Virus record (IMG/VR): IMGVR_UViG_3300044700_000221
Reading direction: 5' to 3' (one strand)
DNA: 64,000 bases
Source: an uncultured virus (IMG/VR IMGVR_UViG_3300044700_000221)
Taxonomy: Duplodnaviria; Heunggongvirae; Uroviricota; Caudoviricetes
The notes below the pieces were generated by a model. The model ran no database searches, was not told where the DNA came from, and saw nothing but the letters and a program-made list of their open reading frames with translations. Of the stretch, positions 45,669-55,232 are shown piece after piece. How positions within the stretch are numbered: position 1 is the stretch's first letter; every line of letters starts with the position of its first letter. Both the position numbers and the translations under genes were made by a program.

Positions 45669-47141
45669 ATGGCACTTGAACGACCAGGGTTTGACTTTGC
45701 AAGTCGAGACTATGACAACATTAGGCGTGATCTGCTAGCTCGCGCTTCTATTACTGTTCCGGAATGGACTGACAGGGACAACTCTGACTTTGCCATGATG
45801 ATGGTTGATATGTGGGCGTACATGGGAGACATCATGCACTACTACATTGACAGAGCTGCAGCTGAGGCATTTTTAACAACTGCGACACAACGTGAAAGCG
45901 TTCTAGCAATTGCTAACTTGTTTGACTACACCCCCCGTAACCGCACTGCGGCAACAGCAACGGTTTATGTTTCTAACTCTTCTGCATCCTCAGTTTCGCT
46001 GCCGGCTGGTACGACCTTCTCAGCTATAACCGATGGTGGATTGTTTAATTTCTATTCAACAACCACAACAACAATTGGAGCAAGTGCTGGTTCTGTAGCA
46101 GTGGCGGTTAGGGAGGGTAAGCTAGTAGCTTCTGAACAGCTTACAACTGGATCGTCTGGACAGGTTGGTCAGAGATACACCCTTTCTCAAGCAAATGTTC
46201 TACCATCATCAGTTAGGGTTTACGTTTATGAAAATGGAACTGACCCGATTGAATGGACACGTGTTGACGACATCAACACAGTAGCGTCTGGTATTAACGC
46301 ATTCTCTGTTTACGTGTCGGCCAACAACGAAACACAGGTTGTGTTTGGTAACCGACTAAGCGGTCGGGTTCCTCCTACTGGTACAAAAATAACGTCTACG
46401 TATTACACTACTAGTGGTTTAAAGGGTAACATTCCTTCCGGAAAGATAACAGCATTTAAGGGGACCACTCCAAGTGGTTTGTTTGTTAGTTCTTCAACTT
46501 CTGCAATTGGCGGAACTGACGGAGAAACAATTGACTCACTAAAAGTATCTGTGAAGTCCTTGTTGAAAGCTCAAACTCGAGCAGTTACTTTGCAAGACTT
46601 TGTAGATAAAGCAACACTTGTTGAAGGTGTCAACAAAGCAGTAGCGCAATGGTCTCCTACCACCTCTGGAAACGCTGGGGGTAGCGTAACTGTCCATGCT
46701 CTTCCTTATATTGAGAATTACTCAACCGGAACTGGTGCTTCTACCCCAGTAGTAATTACTGTAGACAACGTTGTAGCTGCTATGCGGGGCAATATTGTTG
46801 CTGCGCTACAACCTCAAGCAATGCTTGGTGCAAGCGTATACGCAGCCGCTACTATCACCACAATTCCAAAAGCAGTTACGGCCACAGTTACTATTGAAGA
46901 TAACTATGTAAGTGTCAGTGTCAAAGCCCTTGTTCAAAACGCAATCTTAAACTTGTTTGGGTTAGAGAACGTTAAGTTTGGCCAAGACCTAAACCCTGGA
47001 ATGGTTTATAAAGCAATTCACGATATCCCTGGGGTGTTGTATTCAACTGTAACAATTACAGGGTCCACTCCAACTGCTATTCAACTTATACGAAACAACG
47101 CAATAACTGTCACTATTGTTGGTGGCATTAGCACTACCTAA
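45669..47141 (+). CDS. Baseplate wedge protein (gpJ/gp6-like)
   Basis: DFASRDYD...PEWTD...EAFLTTA; RAVTLQDF. Confidence 0.88.
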   Translation: MALERPGFDFASRDYDNIRRDLLARASITVPEWTDRDNSDFAMMMVDMWAYMGDIMHYYIDRAAAEAFLTTATQRESVLAIANLFDYTPRNRTAATATVYVSNSSASSVSLPAGTTFSAITDGGLFNFYSTTTTTIGASAGSVAVAVREGKLVASEQLTTGSSGQVGQRYTLSQANVLPSSVRVYVYENGTDPIEWTRVDDINTVASGINAFSVYVSANNETQVVFGNRLSGRVPPTGTKITSTYYTTSGLKGNIPSGKITAFKGTTPSGLFVSSSTSAIGGTDGETIDSLKVSVKSLLKAQTRAVTLQDFVDKATLVEGVNKAVAQWSPTTSGNAGGSVTVHALPYIENYSTGTGASTPVVITVDNVVAAMRGNIVAALQPQAMLGASVYAAATITTIPKAVTATVTIEDNYVSVSVKALVQNAILNLFGLENVKFGQDLNPGMVYKAIHDIPGVLYSTVTITGSTPTAIQLIRNNAITVTIVGGISTT

Positions 47142-47149
47142 GGAACCTA

Positions 47150-49210
47150 ATGGCACGTAAATCTTTTGTAGTACGCAACACATCTGATTCAGGACAAGCA
47201 GTTGGTTCATGGCTTAGGTATGAACCAGGTGTAGGAGTTGACGACGACACCAAACTTAGGTCAGATAATCTAATAACTGCACCAGTCCTGTCTGACATCT
47301 TTAACGAACGTTACCCTTCCTACAGTGTTGGGTTCTTTGAAGGTTACATTGACACATACAACACTGTTAACTTGTCTTGGGATGCCCCTTTACAAACCAC
47401 GTTGGGTGTAACCCCAATTCCCACAAAGTTGATTTTAGTCTATTCAACATTGGGAGAACCAGTGACCATCAATGATGGTGTTTACTTGCTTGAAACATCT
47501 ACGGCAACTGATTACACGCATGTTGTTCCTGAAGGTAAATGGGCGTACTACAGTATTTTTGTAAAGTACGAAGACAACGCTGGCAACGTTTTTTATGAAC
47601 TAGGTACAACCCTTTCAATCTTGGTTCCTAAAAACTACAACAGTGCTTCTGACCTATTCTCTAAGGTGCCTGTGTATTATAGATTGCAGGATGGCACGAT
47701 GGACACTGCTGGAATAGGCGGGCCATTAGAAAGGTTTATCTCAACCTTTGGATTTGAAGTTGATCGTATGCGCACAACGATTGACTTCTTAATGACTTGC
47801 AAAGACCCTGAAATTGCAAACAGCTATATCTTAGACGTGTTGTCAAATGACTTAAGTGTTGGGTTACTGAGTGAAGAACTAGGACCCTATAGATTACGAA
47901 GCATTCTCAATAACATTGGTAATCTCCGTAGGACCAACGGCACAGAGCAGGGTATTAAAGATTTTTACACAGCTCTTACTGGTTCTAACGTAACAGTTGA
48001 CTCTGTTAACAAGAAAATTAAAGTGTACGCGCAACGCGTAAACCTGCTAAAGGACCCAAACATTTTCTACGGGTTAAGTAGTAGTCTCGATGCAGGTTCT
48101 CCCGGAACTGCAGCTTTCCCTATACTGTACGATGCCGGTTCACCAGCTACCGCAAGTAGTCCTAGTGGTTTTACGGGCACAAGCGCAGACCTTTTAATCA
48201 GCACTACTGGTGCATCGGTTGGTACAATTTCTGGTTCTGGAACCGCAAGTGTTCCTTGGGTAGCGACAGTGACTGGTGCTGCTTCTGCAAGTTTATTAAC
48301 AGTTGGTGACGGTGTAGTTGCTACAAACGGAACTGGTTCTTTGTTTGGTGGGTCACCAACAACAGTTGAAGTAACAAGTAAGTCATCTACTTCATTTACG
48401 TACAAAGTTATTGGTGGAACTATCCCAACTGCTGGAACAGTAACTAACATTCGTAGAGTCTTTTCTACTATGTACGATGGCGGTAACGTTGCAGGAACTG
48501 GGCTTGTTGACATTAACACAAACCAACCTTTGTGGGTTATGTCCCCTGACACAGTTACAGCTAACACTAACGTTTTACAAACAGCAAACGCTGATGTGTA
48601 CGCGATATACGGAGATACTCTTTATTTCTCTGTTCAAAACGAAGCAGTCGCACAAGTTCAAAACTTGATTACTAAAGTTGCCTTGTACAGTACTGCGGGG
48701 TATGGGAACAGTGGAGCTGTATTGGTTGCAGAAGCAACCACAGCTAGAATCAGTGGTGGAACCAGGTATTGGGAATTGGTAATACCATCAAGTGTTGCCA
48801 GCTACACAGGCATGTTCCTATGTGTGTTTATCCCATCTGTAACACCCATTGAATCTTTTAAAAGAATGCTTTTAGAACGAAGCATTAACGCGGAGTACTT
48901 TGACGGAACTACTGTGCTTGGTGGATGGATTCGAGACGCCGGGGGTGGATCACGTTCTGACTATCGATGGTATAACCCAGCATCTCCAGATGCAATTGGT
49001 GACCAAACAGCCAGTGGTTTAAAAAACAAAAACTACTCTGTGTACAACTCCAACTACCAAAAAACAAGAACTATTGCAAGACGCTTATTACCCTCTGTAA
49101 TACCAGTGACAGAATTGACCACTGCTGCTACTGTGTACAGCAACCGCCCAATAGATTCTGCTGACTCTAGGTGGTCAATAACCTTTAATCACATACCAGG
49201 AGTATCATGA
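47150..49210 (+). CDS. Baseplate wedge/tail protein (gpI-like central domain)
   Basis: VPVYYRLQD...LERF...RTNGTEQGI; follows the gpJ-like gene. Confidence 0.7.
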   Translation: MARKSFVVRNTSDSGQAVGSWLRYEPGVGVDDDTKLRSDNLITAPVLSDIFNERYPSYSVGFFEGYIDTYNTVNLSWDAPLQTTLGVTPIPTKLILVYSTLGEPVTINDGVYLLETSTATDYTHVVPEGKWAYYSIFVKYEDNAGNVFYELGTTLSILVPKNYNSASDLFSKVPVYYRLQDGTMDTAGIGGPLERFISTFGFEVDRMRTTIDFLMTCKDPEIANSYILDVLSNDLSVGLLSEELGPYRLRSILNNIGNLRRTNGTEQGIKDFYTALTGSNVTVDSVNKKIKVYAQRVNLLKDPNIFYGLSSSLDAGSPGTAAFPILYDAGSPATASSPSGFTGTSADLLISTTGASVGTISGSGTASVPWVATVTGAASASLLTVGDGVVATNGTGSLFGGSPTTVEVTSKSSTSFTYKVIGGTIPTAGTVTNIRRVFSTMYDGGNVAGTGLVDINTNQPLWVMSPDTVTANTNVLQTANADVYAIYGDTLYFSVQNEAVAQVQNLITKVALYSTAGYGNSGAVLVAEATTARISGGTRYWELVIPSSVASYTGMFLCVFIPSVTPIESFKRMLLERSINAEYFDGTTVLGGWIRDAGGGSRSDYRWYNPASPDAIGDQTASGLKNKNYSVYNSNYQKTRTIARRLLPSVIPVTELTTAATVYSNRPIDSADSRWSITFNHIPGVS

Positions 49211-49461
49211 CTTTTTTATTGTGTTCACTAGCGGCGTACAAAGTGTTACAGGTAGCTGATGCGTTAACCCCGAAGGAAGCGATGCCCTGGGTAAAAGTTG
49301 TTTTTGGGGTAGCGGTAGGTTATGGAGCGGCGTTTTCTTTGCACTTGTATAACCCATGGATCTCGGGGTTGGCTATTGCAACTTCTTCAGGTATCGTGCA
49401 TTCTGTGCTACGACTTCTAACGTATGTTGGAGACGCAGCACATCGACGAAGCCTAAAGTAA
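49207..49461 (+). CDS. Small membrane protein
   Basis: Hydrophobic 84-aa ORF, ATGA overlap. Confidence 0.65.
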   Translation: MTFLLCSLAAYKVLQVADALTPKEAMPWVKVVFGVAVGYGAAFSLHLYNPWISGLAIATSSGIVHSVLRLLTYVGDAAHRRSLK

Positions 49462-49471
49462 AGGAACCACC

Positions 49472-50203
49472 ATGAAAGAAACCTATGGTGTCTTAGGATC
49501 AGGATCGGCTCCACGTAAAGTAATTGAAGCCGCACTCAATGACCTAGGCACTTCAACTGTGCAATTTGTTATACCTTGGTATGGCCGAATGGCCTCAGGG
49601 CTAGAAGCTGTGTATGACTGGGTGCTCGATAACGAAGCTTCATTCATACTCATTTCAAATGAGACTGGTAAGACTCCACCTAAGGTACTTCTAACTTCAG
49701 CAGCCGCTGTTGAGTACAGTGAAGACGTAAACTTTTCTATCCTGCAGCGTTTGAGTGGGCTGGAAGTACCAGGACTTTCTTTGGTGCTGTGGAACCAAGA
49801 AGATGAAGAGGAATCAATTAGAGTTTCCTCAATGTCAATTGACATGAAGTTGCCAACACTTGAGTTGACTAATGGACTTACCCCAATAGTAATTGATATG
49901 CCTATTGAAGAAGTTCAAGATGATGAGTTACCTGACATTGGAGATACCTCGTACAGCAAAGAAACTCTTGAAGTTATGCCAGCGGCTTTGGTAAAGAGAA
50001 TGGCCAAGGATAAGGGCATTGTTGTTAAAACAAAAGAGGAAGGCATTGCTGCGCTAACTCAAGAAGTAAAAGAGGAAGTTCCCCAAGAGATTGGTTCAAT
50101 TATTATCTTGATGAAGAACGGGGATGAACTTGGGTTCACACTAACTCAGGATCTTTTTCAAAAAGTTATGTCACTGGTTGTGGAGCACCAACGTCCTTGG
50201 TAA
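49472..50203 (+). CDS. Hypothetical protein
   Basis: 243-aa acidic ORF, AAGGA RBS. Confidence 0.8.
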   Translation: MKETYGVLGSGSAPRKVIEAALNDLGTSTVQFVIPWYGRMASGLEAVYDWVLDNEASFILISNETGKTPPKVLLTSAAAVEYSEDVNFSILQRLSGLEVPGLSLVLWNQEDEEESIRVSSMSIDMKLPTLELTNGLTPIVIDMPIEEVQDDELPDIGDTSYSKETLEVMPAALVKRMAKDKGIVVKTKEEGIAALTQEVKEEVPQEIGSIIILMKNGDELGFTLTQDLFQKVMSLVVEHQRPW

Positions 50204-50234
50204 AGTAACTTTTGTGTAGTTCCCCCAACTACAG

Positions 50235-50268
50235 ATGAACCCCCCTGACTAGAGACAGGGGGGTTCAT
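50235..50268. terminator. Terminator between convergent operons
   Basis: ATGAACCCCCCTG-ACTAGAGA-CAGGGGGGTTCAT, 13-bp stem. Confidence 0.8.
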
Positions 50269-50308
50269 TGTTAGATAGGGTCACCTCCAGTTACCTGTTA
50301 ACGGAGCT

Positions 50309-50419
50309 TCACTTCTTCTTTTTGGGGGCTGCTTTCTTTGCAGGGGCCTTCTTAGCTGGTCCCTTGCCGTAAGCGGGGTCTTTCTTATCTTTGAGACCAC
50401 ATCCACATGCTGTACACAT
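50309..50419 (-). CDS. 36-aa peptide: CxxCGC + Lys/Ala/Pro-rich tail
   Basis: Not in the track; MCTACGCGLKDKKDPAYGKGPAKKAPAKKAAPKKKK, GGAGGT RBS. Confidence 0.7.
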   Translation of the reverse strand: MCTACGCGLKDKKDPAYGKGPAKKAPAKKAAPKKKK

Positions 50420-50466
50420 ATTACTTACCTCCCTTCCTATACTTGCTTGTTTTTTTAGTAGCCATG

Positions 50467-50766
50467 TCAGCAATCCCAAGCCCGAAGAGATTTGTTAATA
50501 CGGGAGTTAGGGTCGTTAGCTGTCTTGGATGAAGTGTTCTTCTTCTTCATACCTTCCATGCGTGCACAGAAAGAGTCACGACGCGCTGCTGACTTCTCAG
50601 ACTTAGCTGCCTGCTCTTTCTTTACCGGAGGCTTAAGGTTGCTTCCAGGGTTCTCCTTTTCATAGGACTTTCGTCCCTTTTCATTAAGCCCACCCTTTGG
50701 GTCTTTACCCTCTGAGCGTGACCAAGCTGCTGTCTTTTTAGCTGGAGCTTTTTTCTTTTCTGCCAT
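50467..50766 (-). CDS. Basic phage protein
   Basis: AWSRSEGKDPKGGLNEKGR...RRDSFCARM...SLRAWDC; recalled as a widespread phage family of unknown function. Confidence 0.8.
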   Translation of the reverse strand: MAEKKKAPAKKTAAWSRSEGKDPKGGLNEKGRKSYEKENPGSNLKPPVKKEQAAKSEKSAARRDSFCARMEGMKKKNTSSKTANDPNSRINKSLRAWDC

Positions 50767-50775
50767 AACTTCTCC

Positions 50776-51210
50776 TTACTTAGTTGAGGCCTTGAGTTGC
50801 CAAGACCACTTTTGGTGGTGGTCAATTCGATCAGCAAGGAAGTTCATAATTCCCTGCTCGTCAGCTTTTTCAGCTTCGGTAAAAGCCTTTTTCAAAGTTT
50901 TAATTACAGCTTCATTTGCTGTAAGCAAAGACTTTGCCATCGCTTTCGGGTTTGGTTGAACATCCTTGAAGTCTAAAGTACGGAGATCCAAGAACTTCTG
51001 AAGACTAAAGGGAGCATAATCATCAAGTTTTCGAATGTTCTCCGCAATCGGATCAATAGACCCGTATGCGTCTTCGTAGATGTCAGAAAACAAAGCATGG
51101 TACTGACTGAAGTCAGAGCCTTCTACATTCCAGTGGTACCCATGAGCCATGAAATAAAAGGTAACAACGTCCGAGACAAGTACCTTAAGTGACTTAACAA
51201 GTGATTCCAT
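50776..51210 (-). CDS. dps: Dps-family ferritin-like protein
   Basis: HGYHWNVEGSDFSQYHALF..IYE.....DPIAENIR; C-terminal HQKWSWQL. Confidence 0.92.
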   Translation of the reverse strand: MESLVKSLKVLVSDVVTFYFMAHGYHWNVEGSDFSQYHALFSDIYEDAYGSIDPIAENIRKLDDYAPFSLQKFLDLRTLDFKDVQPNPKAMAKSLLTANEAVIKTLKKAFTEAEKADEQGIMNFLADRIDHHQKWSWQLKASTK

Positions 51211-51389
51211 TACATCTCCTAAAAGCAAAAGCCAGAGGCTATCAAAGTTTATCCGATAACCCCTGGCTTTGCCTGAAAGGAGCCGGAAAGGAGAACCACC
51301 AACTTGTCCAGCGGTGTAAACCTACCACACAAATTTAAAGAAAGCAACCTGTTGCAAGAAAGAGTTTTGGGGTGTACAGTTCTCGACCC

Positions 51390-52634
51390 ATGACCACCAA
51401 CGCATTCCAAGGACCGTTCCTAGCCATCCCAGTATGGGCTGTGGAAGTTATAAAGAACTACGGGCAACCCCGTGACCTACAAGTTCTTGTAGGTATGGTT
51501 GCGCTAATGGATCGCCGCAACAGAGAAATTACAGCGTCAGTACAGCAGGTTGCGGAACACGTTGGGGTCTCTAAAGAGACTGTTAAGAGATCGTTAAGGT
51601 GGCTTAATGAGTATGGGATCATTACAACTCGGCGTCGTAAAAACCCTAACGTAAATGTGTACACAGTTCATTATGTTGATGCAAAGATGGGGTCACGGGT
51701 GACCCTAGCTGGGGTCATGGGTGACCCTATAGGGGGGTCACGGGTGACCCTAGGTAAGGGGGGTGATGGGGTCACGGGTGACCCTAGTCAACCCCACTTT
51801 TGTGATGATCTAGCTGGGGAAACGCAATCTTCTATAGAAGTATTAATAAAGAGAGTATTAATAGATAGTAAAGAGAGGGCCGCAAGCGGCGGGGAGGACA
51901 GCATGATTATTGGAGCAGATCCAGATGAACCACAAGAAAGAGAGCAGCCAGTTTCCAAGAAACAACCTGCACGAAAAACCAACAAGTTGTTAAACCACTT
52001 TGTCAGCAATCGCCAAGCCATCATGTCAGCGAGTTACGACCAGAGATCATTGGTCATCTTGAGAAGAACTTTTAATATCCTTACGGACTCTGGTTTAACT
52101 GAGTTCACGGTTATGCAGATGATCAACAAGTTCTTTGCTATGGAGAAATGGCGGAACGCCGAAAACCCAGCTCTGCTGTTCTGTAGTAAAGACATTCAAC
52201 GCAAGTTGATGGAGCAAGTTGATACAACGGTAGAAGTTGATGACCCTGTGTTGTCGCTGATGCTTAATGATTTTACTCGTGACACTTTAGAATTACCTTG
52301 GCCACAAGCGCACGACAATGTTCTCAGAAAAGCAATTGTCATGCATGGTACAGACATCTGCTACAGGTACCCTGAACTTGTCTCAATTGTAGTGCACCAG
52401 TACTCAGGAGATTTTGGGAACAGTGACTTTGTTAATTACCTAACTGCGCTAAACTCATTAGTGAGGTACATCAACGGTGAAGAAGAAACAGATCCAACGG
52501 AGGTGCTCAACACACTAAGAGGATTTGCGTTACCAATCGAGTTACAAAAAATGTCAAAGACATCACTCAGACCATCGGCAAGCTCGATATCTGAAGCGGT
52601 GTACAACTACAGGAGGCTTTCTCATGGATCGTGA
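51390..52634 (+). CDS. Replication initiator-like protein, N-terminal winged HTH
   Basis: SVQQVAEHVGVSKETVKRSLRWLNEYGII; internal iterons; upstream of DnaC-like and DnaB genes. Confidence 0.75.
   Translation: MTTNAFQGPFLAIPVWAVEVIKNYGQPRDLQVLVGMVALMDRRNREITASVQQVAEHVGVSKETVKRSLRWLNEYGIITTRRRKNPNVNVYTVHYVDAKMGSRVTLAGVMGDPIGGSRVTLGKGGDGVTGDPSQPHFCDDLAGETQSSIEVLIKRVLIDSKERAASGGEDSMIIGADPDEPQEREQPVSKKQPARKTNKLLNHFVSNRQAIMSASYDQRSLVILRRTFNILTDSGLTEFTVMQMINKFFAMEKWRNAENPALLFCSKDIQRKLMEQVDTTVEVDDPVLSLMLNDFTRDTLELPWPQAHDNVLRKAIVMHGTDICYRYPELVSIVVHQYSGDFGNSDFVNYLTALNSLVRYINGEEETDPTEVLNTLRGFALPIELQKMSKTSLRPSASSISEAVYNYRRLSHGS
51689..51786. repeat. Four 19-bp palindromic iterons (putative origin)
   Basis: GGGGTCAYGGGTGACCCTA at 51689, 51711, 51734 and 51768; AT-rich tract at about 51830-51877. 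Confidence 0.85.
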
Positions 52635-52968
52635 GAACGAGTACATTTTTTATAACATCGAAGATATCCTTACCTTTGCTGAGTGGGTACAAACCAACTT
52701 TGAATCAACCGACGAGTACTCAGATTGGTTTGACACCTCGCTGGATGTCTACGTCCCAGCCAACGTTTTTTGCACTAGGAAAACAAATCGTCTACAGGAA
52801 ATGCACGAATGCCTGTTGTGTGGTGCTAAGTTCTTTACCCCAGCAGGTTTAGATGTCCACAGAACAGTCCTGCACCAGAAGTCATCAATGGTTGATACCT
52901 TCTGGGAGATCATAAACACGGAGTATCAAAAGGAGAACCATGACAACGAACTTCCCGACACCGACTGA
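52624..52968 (+). CDS. C2H2 zinc-finger-containing protein
   Basis: HECLLCGAKFFTPAGLDVHRTVLH. Confidence 0.75.
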   Translation: MDRENEYIFYNIEDILTFAEWVQTNFESTDEYSDWFDTSLDVYVPANVFCTRKTNRLQEMHECLLCGAKFFTPAGLDVHRTVLHQKSSMVDTFWEIINTEYQKENHDNELPDTD

Positions 52969-53539
52969 TTGGAAATCAGCAGCGTGGTGGCGCAACAGAG
53001 GACCAGAGGAACGTTTATTCCACTCTAAGATTCCTCGTAGATTCCTAGAGTGTGACTTTTCAGAGTACAACGACATTTCAAATGCCAAGCTTGCAGCATG
53101 GGTGTTGGATTACAAACCAGGAGACAACCTGTTTATACAAGGTAAACCAGGTACTGGGAAGTCAACAATGGCTCAAGCAGTTCTAAAAGCATTGGTTGTT
53201 GACAACCCTTTATCAGGGCGCTTCGTTACAGCCGACAGGTACATCGAAATGCTCAAAGACCAATTTGATAACGACAACCTCTTACCAGAGATGTACTCAA
53301 GTCCGTACCTCATCAAGTACATCCAAGGAGTCTTTGACGTCGTGGTGCTTGACGGAGTGGGGCAGGAACGCGAAACAGATTTCTCTATTCACGAAGTCGG
53401 TAGCTTGATTCGTAGGCGTTACGAAGACATGCGAACAACAATCATCACTACCACTCTTGGTGTAACAGATTTTACTCGTAGGTATGGAGAACGCGTTAAG
53501 AGCGCCGTACTTGACATGCCAGAAATCAAGGTGCCGTGA
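52940..53539 (+). CDS. DnaC/IstB-like ATPase (helicase loader)
   Basis: IPRRF, Walker A GKPGTGKS, VVVLDGVGQE, TIITT, RYGERV. Confidence 0.85.
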   Translation: MTTNFPTPTDWKSAAWWRNRGPEERLFHSKIPRRFLECDFSEYNDISNAKLAAWVLDYKPGDNLFIQGKPGTGKSTMAQAVLKALVVDNPLSGRFVTADRYIEMLKDQFDNDNLLPEMYSSPYLIKYIQGVFDVVVLDGVGQERETDFSIHEVGSLIRRRYEDMRTTIITTTLGVTDFTRRYGERVKSAVLDMPEIKVP

Positions 53540-53979
53540 TGGAACGTGGGGAGATTGCTGAATTTTCAAGAGTTGGACAAGCTTGTATTTTTGAAGGCTT
53601 GTTGGCAACACCACCAACTGGTGCGTCCTTACTAAAAGAAAAGTTCCATGAACGTAATAACAACTGGACCTCTGCCTTAAAGCTCTGGAGGCCCAACGAC
53701 TTACCCATCAAGTCATTGATTGACTCTTCAATCCGACTAGGGATTGCTACGGACATTATTACTTTCCTGTCAGAAGACGCAGTAGAGCCAATTTACCAAT
53801 GGCTATTGCGTAAAGGGATTACATGCCCAGTGTTCCACTATGAAGACATTTCATCCTACGAACTTGACCTGCGTTACAACAGGGCAGTTCGGGTTGTTTA
53901 TGTCTCTAATCAAGAAGACGCACGAGTTCTAGGAATGCGTGCTACCGTAGTGCCCCCAACTACAGCGTGGAGTCTCTGA
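53539..53979 (+). CDS. Hypothetical protein (possibly degenerate HAD-like)
   Basis: Coupled ORF between the loader and helicase genes. Confidence 0.7.
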   Translation: MERGEIAEFSRVGQACIFEGLLATPPTGASLLKEKFHERNNNWTSALKLWRPNDLPIKSLIDSSIRLGIATDIITFLSEDAVEPIYQWLLRKGITCPVFHYEDISSYELDLRYNRAVRVVYVSNQEDARVLGMRATVVPPTTAWSL

Positions 53980-55232
53980 TGTCATCAAGCGAACTGCATT
54001 TAATTTCTAAAGTCATTCAAGAAAAAGACATCACAATCCCAGTACGCCTTGGTGTAAAACCAGATCACATGACTGGTGAGTGGGCGGAGATTTGGCGCTG
54101 GATGCTGGAGTTCTACCGAACACACGGAGCTGTACCAACTGAACGTGTGTTTGTTCAAGAGCATGGAGCAATCACTCTTTATGATTCAACTGACGAAACT
54201 TTTACTCGTCTTACTGAAGAGATCTTTGATGCTTACCGTAAGCGTTGCGTCATGGACGCACTACAACCAGCAATCAACTCACTAAACAATGACGATGTAT
54301 CTGCGGCAGTTGCTGCGTTATCTTCGGGCCTGCAGAAAGCAGCGGTTGAAACAGCACGCCTTAGGGACATTGACATTATTCAAAACTGGGAGAACCGTCT
54401 TTCTCGTTATGAAGAAATGCGCAACACACCCAATGCTCTGCGAGGTATCCCAACAGGGTTCCACGGCCTTGACAAGATCACACACGGTCTTCGCCCTCAA
54501 CAATTTATTGTGTTCGCAGGTGAACCAAAGCGTGGTAAGTCATTGTTTGCTCTGATCCTTGCAAACTCAGCGCACACACATGGCAAGCGCCCGCTCTTTG
54601 TGTCATTCGAAATGAGCATTGAAGAACAAGAAGCTAGGTATGACTCACTGATCTCTCGTGTCCCTTACAACAGAATCCTTTCAGGAGACTTGGATGCCAA
54701 AGACATGGGGCGTATTAGGAAAGCGTTGTCAATCCGAAAGAACATGCATCCGTTTGTGTTCAGTGAGGACACATCATCATTAACAACTGTAAGTGCCTTG
54801 ACCAGCAAGGTAAGGGAGTACTCTCCTGATGTTTTGTTTGTTGATGGTGTGTACTTGATGGACGATGAAGAGGGTGAAGCAAAGGGTTCTCCTCAAGCAC
54901 TCACTAACATCACACGTGCCCTTAAACGCATGGCGCAGCAGTTTGATATTCCTGTAGTAGCTACAACGCAGGTGCTCTCATGGAAACTTCAAAACAGAAA
55001 GACGCGTGCCGTTACTGCAGATGCAATTGGGTACACTTCATCTTTTGCTCAAGACGCTGACTTAATCCTTGGCGTAGAGCGCAACCCTGATTTGGATGAC
55101 CAAGCAATCATCCGTGTTGTATTGGCACGCACAGCACCTACTGGGGAAGTCCACGTTAAGTGGGACTGGTCTACCATGGAGTTTGAGGAGGTACTAGGTG
55201 ATGGTCACGGCATCGACCCATCTCTCGACTGA
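53979..55232 (+). CDS. dnaB: Replicative DNA helicase
   Basis: GIPTGF..LD..T.GL, GEPKRGKS, SFEMS, FVDGVYLM, QDAD. Confidence 0.92.
   Translation: MSSSELHLISKVIQEKDITIPVRLGVKPDHMTGEWAEIWRWMLEFYRTHGAVPTERVFVQEHGAITLYDSTDETFTRLTEEIFDAYRKRCVMDALQPAINSLNNDDVSAAVAALSSGLQKAAVETARLRDIDIIQNWENRLSRYEEMRNTPNALRGIPTGFHGLDKITHGLRPQQFIVFAGEPKRGKSLFALILANSAHTHGKRPLFVSFEMSIEEQEARYDSLISRVPYNRILSGDLDAKDMGRIRKALSIRKNMHPFVFSEDTSSLTTVSALTSKVREYSPDVLFVDGVYLMDDEEGEAKGSPQALTNITRALKRMAQQFDIPVVATTQVLSWKLQNRKTRAVTADAIGYTSSFAQDADLILGVERNPDLDDQAIIRVVLARTAPTGEVHVKWDWSTMEFEEVLGDGHGIDPSLD

Noticed and set aside
51689..51786. CRISPR array
   Set aside because: Spacers are only 3-15 nt, the repeats lie inside a CDS and there is no cas operon; iterons fit better.
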